Shown here piece after piece: positions 35,269 through 40,936 of a stretch of DNA of 40,936 nucleotides; the first letter of the stretch is position 1; each line of letters opens with the position of its first letter. The notes under the pieces were generated by a model. It was not told the origin of the DNA, searched no databases, and saw nothing but the letters and a program-made list of their open reading frames with translations. Where the stretch lies: positions 1 through 40,936 of IMG/VR virus record IMGVR_UViG_3300037440_000439, one strand, 5' to 3'. The translations under genes and the position numbers were made by a program. This DNA is from a virus (lineage: Duplodnaviria; Caudoviricetes).

Positions 35269-35678
35269 TCATGCCAAAATACCGATTTGCGTTTGTATGC
35301 CGATCGGCGCCCGGGTGGCCATGGGTTCATGCGGCTTAGGTTGTGCATCCGATCGGCGAATTTGATCACCATAGCTTCGGTGGAGCGCAAATTGGGGAAA
35401 TTGCCTTTTTCATCCTTGGTCAATTCCACTACGTAGCCGGTGATGATGTCGCCGAAGTTTTGGCGCAAATTGACCTCATTGACCTCCGGGCAATCCTCAA
35501 GGATGTCATGCAAATATGCGGCGGCGATAGCGGCGTTGTGTTTGGGCCAAACCTGCATCACCAATTTGGCCACCGCATCACAATGGGCAAAATGTGGCTT
35601 GCCGTCATCATCCACCTGGGCCCGGTGGTAGTACCGGGCCCATTCAATGGCCTTGGCGACGGTTTTTTCGTCGGTCAT
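35265..35678 (-). CDS. HD-domain small alarmone hydrolase-like protein (Mesh1/SpoT HD type)
   Basis: H..Q....G.P...H...VA, AAYLHDILED, FG..I...V..LTK, IKFADRMHN; start re-called at MTDEK. Confidence 0.9.
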   Translation of the reverse strand: MTDEKTVAKAIEWARYYHRAQVDDDGKPHFAHCDAVAKLVMQVWPKHNAAIAAAYLHDILEDCPEVNEVNLRQNFGDIITGYVVELTKDEKGNFPNLRSTEAMVIKFADRMHNLSRMNPWPPGRRSAYKRKSVFWHD

Positions 35679-36031
35679 TGGCTCATACTTTCGTATTCGG
35701 TCCACGTTTCGGTGCGGTCGTGCAATGACAACGGGTATGAGTTGGGAAATCGCGAATCGTGCGAGTGGACGTAATCACCCCCGCTCATCCAACCGGTGTG
35801 GCCATCGGGTGTTTTGGCCACCGGCTCGGCGTGTTTGTAAGTCCGACCCCCGATGGTCCGGGTGACCAGTTTGAGTACCGGCCGTTCGTCTTTGGTGATG
35901 TCGTCCTCGGACCATGGCCCGGTTTCGCATTCCAAATATGCCTCGGTGGCCGGCCGGCATGCGTTCATGTCGTCGGACCCATACCGGCTATGTAATACTT
36001 CGACGGTCAAATACCGTTTTGCATTGGTCAT
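35675..36031 (-). CDS. Hypothetical protein
   Basis: 118 aa, WMSGGDYVHSHDSRF...PLSLHDR; tightly coupled. Confidence 0.75.
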   Translation of the reverse strand: MTNAKRYLTVEVLHSRYGSDDMNACRPATEAYLECETGPWSEDDITKDERPVLKLVTRTIGGRTYKHAEPVAKTPDGHTGWMSGGDYVHSHDSRFPNSYPLSLHDRTETWTEYESMSQ

Positions 36032-36032
36032 T

Positions 36033-36236
36033 TTAGTAATCCCCCATCATAATTTCGGTGTAAGTTTCGCCCGTTTCCTCACCCCATTGTGACCGGGGCG
36101 CGAGCAAATCGCCCTGGCCATCGTAATCGCGGCCACACCGCTCACACGTGTTGGTGAATTGGTCGGCCCAAATCCACAATTTCCGACCGCATTTGCATTT
36201 GATCGGGGTGGGTTCGGGACAATTTGGATTTTTCAT
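36033..36236 (-). CDS. Small zinc-ribbon protein
   Basis: CKCG...CERCG..Y...G..LAPRSQWGE; start re-called at MKNPN. Confidence 0.7.
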   Translation of the reverse strand: MKNPNCPEPTPIKCKCGRKLWIWADQFTNTCERCGRDYDGQGDLLAPRSQWGEETGETYTEIMMGDY

Positions 36237-36237
36237 A

Positions 36238-36441
36238 TTAGTTGCCTTTCTTAATTGCTTGATAATATTTGACCAGCCATTCCGCCAAATCATAGGCGAT
36301 TTTTTCTTTGGCCCTAAAAAATTCGCCGGCGGTGGATTCGTTGCGAAACCATGGCCCGGCGATGGTCAAAACCTCATCGAAAGTGTCTAATATTGCACCG
36401 GTGAGGATTCCGGTGTTTGGAGTGGCGTTTTTTGGGTTCAT
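36238..36441 (-). CDS. Hypothetical early protein
   Basis: GGGAGG RBS before MNPKN. Confidence 0.65.
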   Translation of the reverse strand: MNPKNATPNTGILTGAILDTFDEVLTIAGPWFRNESTAGEFFRAKEKIAYDLAEWLVKYYQAIKKGN

Positions 36442-36469
36442 GCGCCTCCCGTTTAATTGATACACTACC

Positions 36470-36498
36470 ATACTACAGTTATACTACACCAAAGTCAA
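36470..36498 (-). promoter_or_regulatory. Early promoter with tandem TGTAGTAT boxes
   Basis: TTGACT-N17-TAGTAT; boxes at 36470 and 36481. Confidence 0.7.
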
Positions 36499-36635
36499 GC
36501 GCCGAATTTTTTGCGCTTATTTACATACTTTTTTGCCCTGCACCGTAAACATTGCCTATTCACTACATTGACCCGATAAACAAAGCATGAATGACAAAGG
36601 TTCTTCTTTGTCCCTTGGTAGGTTTGTTTTTTCAT
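36495..36635 (-). CDS. 46-aa basic zinc-finger-like protein (not in ORF track)
   Basis: Manual translation MKKQTYQGTKKNLCHSCFVYRVNVVNRQCLRCRAKKYVNKRKKFGA. Confidence 0.5.
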   Translation of the reverse strand: MKKQTYQGTKKNLCHSCFVYRVNVVNRQCLRCRAKKYVNKRKKFGA

Positions 36636-36764
36636 GGGTTAATTCCTACAGCCGGATTCTTGATGTCCTTGCCTGGGTTTGTGTTTTTCAACGGCGCTCT
36701 GGCCATCAAAAATCGACCGACTGAATTTCGATCAAACGGTTCCCCTATCCTATTCACTTGTCAT

Positions 36765-36922
36765 GTATACATGTTGCGTCATTCCTGACGCCGGGCCACC
36801 CTTCCTCGCCGGGTGGTAGGCGATGATTGCGGTTTCACCGGTATCCCCGCTTGATTGCTCATGTCCCACCGGTCAGCCTTTTAAGGGCTGAATGCCGGTC
36901 CGGAGCTCGGACCAGCATTCAA
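36765..36922 (-). other. Hairpin-dense non-coding segment (ncRNA or origin candidate)
   Basis: At least four inverted repeats in series, one with a GGAA tetraloop on the minus strand. Confidence 0.5.
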
Positions 36923-36925
36923 GCC

Positions 36926-37096
36926 TCAAAACATCGTTTTTTCAATGTCCTTTTCGGTCATGGCAAGCTCGATCAAATCACAAAACCGCAACACGGCGCG
37001 GCGGTATATGAGGGAATCCGATTTTTTGGAAAATTGGCGGAAAAAGGCAATGGCGTTTTTGATTCGTTGGGTGGTTGATTCATCGCTTTTTGTCAT
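36926..37096 (-). CDS. 56-aa hypothetical protein
   Basis: AGGAG RBS before MTKSDES. Confidence 0.5.
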   Translation of the reverse strand: MTKSDESTTQRIKNAIAFFRQFSKKSDSLIYRRAVLRFCDLIELAMTEKDIEKTMF

Positions 37097-37099
37097 TAA

Positions 37100-37250
37100 A
37101 AAACTCCTGGGTAGCGAGGCCGAAGCCATTTGCGAAGCATGAACCTCGCTACTCAAGAGTTTTCATGACTTCGTGATACCCCCGCTTCGCATAGGGGTCG
37201 GGGTTTATACTCCCCGACTTGTCGTAGTATCGCCACCGAAAAAGTGGACG
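37100..37250 (-). other. Structured leader / ncRNA candidate
   Basis: Nested stems AAAACTC/GAGTTTT and GTAGCGAGG/CCTCGCTAC with a GGC-TTCG-GCC loop; GTCGGGG/CCCCGAC stem. Confidence 0.5.
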
Positions 37251-37282
37251 CGATTACTTTATCCCAAATTTTTCAAAGGATT

Positions 37283-37483
37283 TCAACCACCAAAAAGGGG
37301 CGGCCTGCCCTGACGCCCCTTTTGACGATCAGCATGCTCGGACATTTGGTCACATGCGTCATTTCCAGTATCGCCAAATTGGTTGAGTGTGTCAAGCCAT
37401 GCCAAATATTCAAGGTCGGTGAGGCCCTCGGCAACGTGCCGGGTGTACTCGGCCATCATGTGGCGGTGTTCTTCCGGATTCAT
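37283..37483 (-). CDS. Hypothetical protein
   Basis: MNPEEHRH start overlapping the holin-like stop. Confidence 0.45.
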   Translation of the reverse strand: MNPEEHRHMMAEYTRHVAEGLTDLEYLAWLDTLNQFGDTGNDACDQMSEHADRQKGRQGRPPLFGG

Positions 37484-37767
37484 TAGTTCATCATCCTTGC
37501 CCTGGTTTCCGATTTTTTCCACCAGGTATGATACACAATTTGAGCTTCGGCGAAAATAATCGCGGCCGATTCCAAAAATTGCTCCGGCGATCCGGCGACT
37601 AATTCACCGGCATGCAAAGCCATAGCCACCAAAAAAACGATAAGTATACTTACCCAAAATCGAATAGTTGAATTGGTGATGCGCCGATTGATCAAGTCAA
37701 TTAAGGGCGGCAATACCAAGCCGACATAGTTTTGCACTAAGGTCACAACAAATTCCACTAACCTCAC
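37483..37767 (-). CDS. Holin-like membrane protein
   Basis: 2-3 hydrophobic segments, directly after the endolysin. Confidence 0.65.
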   Translation of the reverse strand: MRLVEFVVTLVQNYVGLVLPPLIDLINRRITNSTIRFWVSILIVFLVAMALHAGELVAGSPEQFLESAAIIFAEAQIVYHTWWKKSETRARMMN

Positions 37768-37770
37768 CCC

Positions 37771-38730
37771 CTATTCATTTTTGGCTAGTTTGTCATATAG
37801 CCATTTGAAAAATAACTGAATGTAATTGGGCTCGGGCTCGGTTGGTAGGATCACGGTGCCTTCCTTGACCTTGGATTCCAAGTCGGCTATGAGCCGATTT
37901 TTTTCGCCAATTATGCGGGATTTTTCGTCGATCGTCCCCTGCATATCGACGATTTTATTTTCGTACACTTTTATTACCTCATCCGATTCGGAAAGCTTGG
38001 TGGCCAGGTCAATTCTTAATTTGCGCTCGGCTGACACTTCATCCTTGAGCCTGCCAATTTGCTCCAACCGGTTTTTGACTTCCTCAACCGCCTTGGCAAT
38101 ATTATCGACCCTGAGCAAGTTGAATAGGTCCTTGAGTTGATCGTTTTTGGTCCACAATTTGTCGATCATCACCTCATACCAAATATTCACCGCCGTTTTC
38201 ATCGATTCGCGGTTTGACAAATCGAGGCCCTTGTACATATCGGACATTCCACCACCCATCCTTGCTTCGACCATATTTTTGAAACGCTCCCACCCACGGT
38301 CGAGGGTGCGATGGGGGCAATATTTGCCGGAAAAGTCCTGGTGTTTTTTCACCCGGTCAATTCCCCAATTGTTTTGCTTCAATAAATCGGCGATCAGGTC
38401 GGCCGCGTTGATTTCCGCCCGGTCAAATCGGGGCCCGCCGCTTTTGGAGTAGCAAATTTCGATGCCGATATGCTTGCGGTTGCCGGCTCCGGTGCCACCA
38501 TCCCCCGCATGCCATCCGTTGCGATCCGTTGGCAAGCCCTGCCAAATTTCCACATCATCGACGGCAAAATGAAATGAGGTGGCCAGGCCGTTTGACACCA
38601 TATAGGCGATTTCGTTTTTGGCGGAGGCGTCATTGGCGGTATTGTGGACGCAAATGCCCTCGGGCGTCATTTTGTAAGGTGATTTAAGGGAATATTTGCT
38701 TGAGGGGACCAGGTTTTTTTTGATGGTCAT
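37771..38730 (-). CDS. Endolysin, N-acetylmuramoyl-L-alanine amidase (Amidase_2, CwlA/XlyA-like) with coiled-coil C-terminus
   Basis: ICVHNTANDASA.NE, SFHFAVDD, WHAGDG, IGIEIC, HQDFSGKYCP. Confidence 0.95.
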   Translation of the reverse strand: MTIKKNLVPSSKYSLKSPYKMTPEGICVHNTANDASAKNEIAYMVSNGLATSFHFAVDDVEIWQGLPTDRNGWHAGDGGTGAGNRKHIGIEICYSKSGGPRFDRAEINAADLIADLLKQNNWGIDRVKKHQDFSGKYCPHRTLDRGWERFKNMVEARMGGGMSDMYKGLDLSNRESMKTAVNIWYEVMIDKLWTKNDQLKDLFNLLRVDNIAKAVEEVKNRLEQIGRLKDEVSAERKLRIDLATKLSESDEVIKVYENKIVDMQGTIDEKSRIIGEKNRLIADLESKVKEGTVILPTEPEPNYIQLFFKWLYDKLAKNE

Positions 38731-39110
38731 ATATCAATACTCACCCTTTTTGACTTGGGGCGTTTTTTGATAATGCTTGAGGTGATCATCGCCCCTATTA
38801 TTAGCCCGAACAAATAAAATCCGGTGACAAACATAATCGTAGCATGCGATGCAAAAGCCATTGGCGTAATTTCAACACCGCTGAGTTCTGAAACTCTATT
38901 CAGAGAAGTCAAAGCAATGGCGGTAGCGTAAAAGCCAATTGCCACAGTGGCCCGATATACCTGATTCAAATGGTCCCGGTAGAATGTGGCCCCAATAAAT
39001 AATCCCGAAATAGTGGTATAGGCCATCGATTGCCAAAAATAATTGGCACCATAAACGTAAATGATGGCCGGCCACAAAAATGCCAATAAAAGTTGCATAT
39101 TAGTTGTCAA
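38727..39110 (-). CDS. Multi-pass membrane protein (repeat copy of 343..726)
   Basis: Identical translation. Confidence 0.6.
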   Translation of the reverse strand: MTTNMQLLLAFLWPAIIYVYGANYFWQSMAYTTISGLFIGATFYRDHLNQVYRATVAIGFYATAIALTSLNRVSELSGVEITPMAFASHATIMFVTGFYLFGLIIGAMITSSIIKKRPKSKRVSIDI

Positions 39111-39291
39111 CGTGTCGATTGATTTTGTAATTGAGCTCGTTGACCTTTTCGGTTAATTTGTCCAATAGTACATTCCGGCGCTTGACTTCATCAGTCAAAT
39201 TTTCCAATTTTTTTTGAAATGAGAAAAGCAAAAACGCGGCAACCGCCACCGGAAATCCAAAGTTGGCCAAAATATTGGTGAAATCCTGCAT
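39100..39291 (-). CDS. YvrJ-like/holin-like protein (repeat copy)
   Basis: Identical translation to 716..907. Confidence 0.7.
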   Translation of the reverse strand: MQDFTNILANFGFPVAVAAFLLFSFQKKLENLTDEVKRRNVLLDKLTEKVNELNYKINRHVDN

Positions 39292-39307
39292 TAGTATTTA
39301 TCATAAC

Positions 39308-39829
39308 CTAAGTTGATAATAGATGCATTTCAAATCGGCTCTGTCTTGTATTTCCTGAAAGTACGCTATCATCATCGCTTGCAATGGCCCTCACCGAAAC
39401 GGTGTCGGTGGCTGATAAGTTGATCAAACAATTGCACGTCAAGTTTATTTGTCCCACTCCGCTTGATCGACCAAATGATCGGGCGGTGATGGTTGAATTT
39501 TTATATACTCTGGTTTCGATAGCTTCTTGATCGGACGATATCCCAAAATCAAGTGATGCCAACACAATATAGAATCCGTCATAGGGGGCCGTGAATATAC
39601 CGGTGGATTGATTGTAATTTGATCCGGTGTCAAATAACTCGGTTTCAAAAACAATATCGCTTGATGCTACATTGGCGGTTAAGTTAAGGTCATTTCCGGT
39701 GTCCATCCAAGCCGAAAACTTGGCGCTCAATCCTTGTTGGGTATTAATAACATCGGTGCGCAAATCATTATATTCGCTGGCAAAAATATCGTTTCCAGGC
39801 GATACGGTTGATGATGTCATTTCGCTCAT
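39308..39829 (-). CDS. C1q-like tail-tip protein (repeat copy)
   Basis: Identical translation to 924..1445. Confidence 0.7.
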   Translation of the reverse strand: MSEMTSSTVSPGNDIFASEYNDLRTDVINTQQGLSAKFSAWMDTGNDLNLTANVASSDIVFETELFDTGSNYNQSTGIFTAPYDGFYIVLASLDFGISSDQEAIETRVYKNSTITARSFGRSSGVGQINLTCNCLINLSATDTVSVRAIASDDDSVLSGNTRQSRFEMHLLST

Positions 39830-39841
39830 AATAGCCTCATT

Positions 39842-40318
39842 TTACCCGATTGTTACGGTCCACACCAAACTCAAGGTATCATTTGACGTTTTGGTGCGAC
39901 TGATGGCGGTCCGGCAAAAAAGGGTGCCGGAATCGGCGGTGTCGGTGGCGGCATCACCAAAAAGACCGGCTTCCGCCAAAGCACCGTTGCCCTCACTGGT
40001 GGTGAAAAAGGTTTCAAAGGTGGCCACATTGCCCGAAACCGACCGGACGCTGACCAATTTGCGCTCAATTTCGGTTTCCAAATCGGTGTCCGATAATGCC
40101 GGGGCCGTTGAGCCGGTGCCCAGGGCACAATAGGTGATGATGCCTTTGTTGTTGGTGATAGTGCCGCGCAAGGCATCGGCGATTGAATTTTTGCCGGCGG
40201 TGACCACCATGTTGACATAATCATCCACCGACTTGATCCGACCGGTTTTGGCGTCACGCAAAATCAACCTGACCGCGCCGGTTGGCTTGATGTATTCCGG
40301 TATATATATTTTGCTCAT
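39842..40318 (-). CDS. Tail/baseplate protein (repeat copy)
   Basis: Identical to 1458..1934. Confidence 0.65.
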   Translation of the reverse strand: MSKIYIPEYIKPTGAVRLILRDAKTGRIKSVDDYVNMVVTAGKNSIADALRGTITNNKGIITYCALGTGSTAPALSDTDLETEIERKLVSVRSVSGNVATFETFFTTSEGNGALAEAGLFGDAATDTADSGTLFCRTAISRTKTSNDTLSLVWTVTIG

Positions 40319-40319
40319 A

Positions 40320-40936
40320 TTATCCCCATTGGGACAAATTCCACCTGCCCCGTGTGTTAATTGTACCCGATGGCGAATCCTCGACCCAAGTGTGATATGG
40401 TCCGGTCGAATCAATGGTCAAATCGTCGGTCAAGCTATCCGACAAAAGGGAATCGCTCAAATTCAAAAGTTCATCCACCACCTCATTGTCATCCAATTCA
40501 ATCAAGTTTTTGTTGGCCTCCAAAAGCTCGATCAAAAATCGGATGATGCCCAAGGTTTTGGCGCTGGCGACTTTGATGGTATAGCGGAAATTGCCGGCTC
40601 CAAAGGATCGGGCGATGACATCCTGCACAATATAGTCGGCATTGACGCCATAATCACTCAGGTTGATGTTGATGTATTGTCCGGACACAAATCCGGTGGT
40701 ATAGGTATCAAATGAGCCCTCAACAATATTGGCCGCGTAGTCGGTGAGCTCCGCCGATGCCCGATCCCGGGCCGCTTGGGTGGTTTTAATTTGTTTGTCA
40801 AAAATGGCAAATTCCCTTTGGCCATTGGCTTCGATGCTGTCCGTATCCTCAACCGCCACTAAAATTGGAATGTCATATTTATACGTCACCTCAAGGGTGT
40901 CGGAGCCGGTCAAAACACTCCCACCGCTATCCTGAT
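40320..40936 (-). CDS. 3' part of hub-like tail protein (repeat copy, 5' truncated by window edge)
   Basis: Matches the C-terminus of 1936..3372. Confidence 0.7.
   Translation of the reverse strand, partial: QDSGGSVLTGSDTLEVTYKYDIPILVAVEDTDSIEANGQREFAIFDKQIKTTQAARDRASAELTDYAANIVEGSFDTYTTGFVSGQYININLSDYGVNADYIVQDVIARSFGAGNFRYTIKVASAKTLGIIRFLIELLEANKNLIELDDNEVVDELLNLSDSLLSDSLTDDLTIDSTGPYHTWVEDSPSGTINTRGRWNLSQWG

Larger units (their letters stand above)
38385..40936. repeat. Right copy of 2552-bp direct terminal repeat
   Basis: Matches 1..2552. Confidence 0.97.

Noticed and set aside
34997-35272. 91-aa minus-strand ORF overlapping the HTH gene
   Set aside because: Its start lies in the promoter region and the alternative frame 35041..35232 has a better protein pattern and a correctly spaced promoter.
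36765-37250. tRNA or tmRNA gene
   Set aside because: No cloverleaf with T-loop GTTC and acceptor stem could be built by eye.
1243-40935. Numerous other plus-strand ORFs in the track
   Set aside because: They are antisense shadows of well-supported minus-strand genes, without RBS or recognisable motifs.
1-40936. Alternative genetic code (stop-codon reassignment)
   Set aside because: Genes are full length and tightly packed under code 11, with TGA, TAA and TAG all used as stops.

Overview
The window is an apparently complete ~38.4-kb tailed-phage genome (siphovirus-type gene order, standard genetic code). Bases 1..2552 are repeated at 38385..40936 (offset 38384). Nearly all credible genes are on the minus strand. 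In transcription order: small early genes, an HD alarmone-hydrolase-like gene, Bet/RecT recombinase, PD-(D/E)xK nucleases, RusA, TerS/TerL, SPP1-type portal, minor head protein, scaffold, major capsid, an island of six glycosyltransferases plus a methyltransferase, a 1803-aa repeat-stalk adhesin-like protein, neck and tail genes (with a -1 frameshifted tail chaperone), and a lysis cassette. The strongest candidate for a new system has three parts: (1) a minor head (MuF-like) protein fused to a RelA/SpoT-type synthetase domain; (2) the only credible plus-strand gene, which overlaps the 3' end of that fusion, has its own promoter and RBS, and is a candidate immunity gene; (3) an unlinked early Mesh1/SAH-like hydrolase. 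A second candidate is virion glycosylation acting on a Ser/Thr/Asn-rich head fibre. I recognised no integrase, CI-like repressor or replication initiator. All family assignments come from reading motifs by eye, not from database searches.
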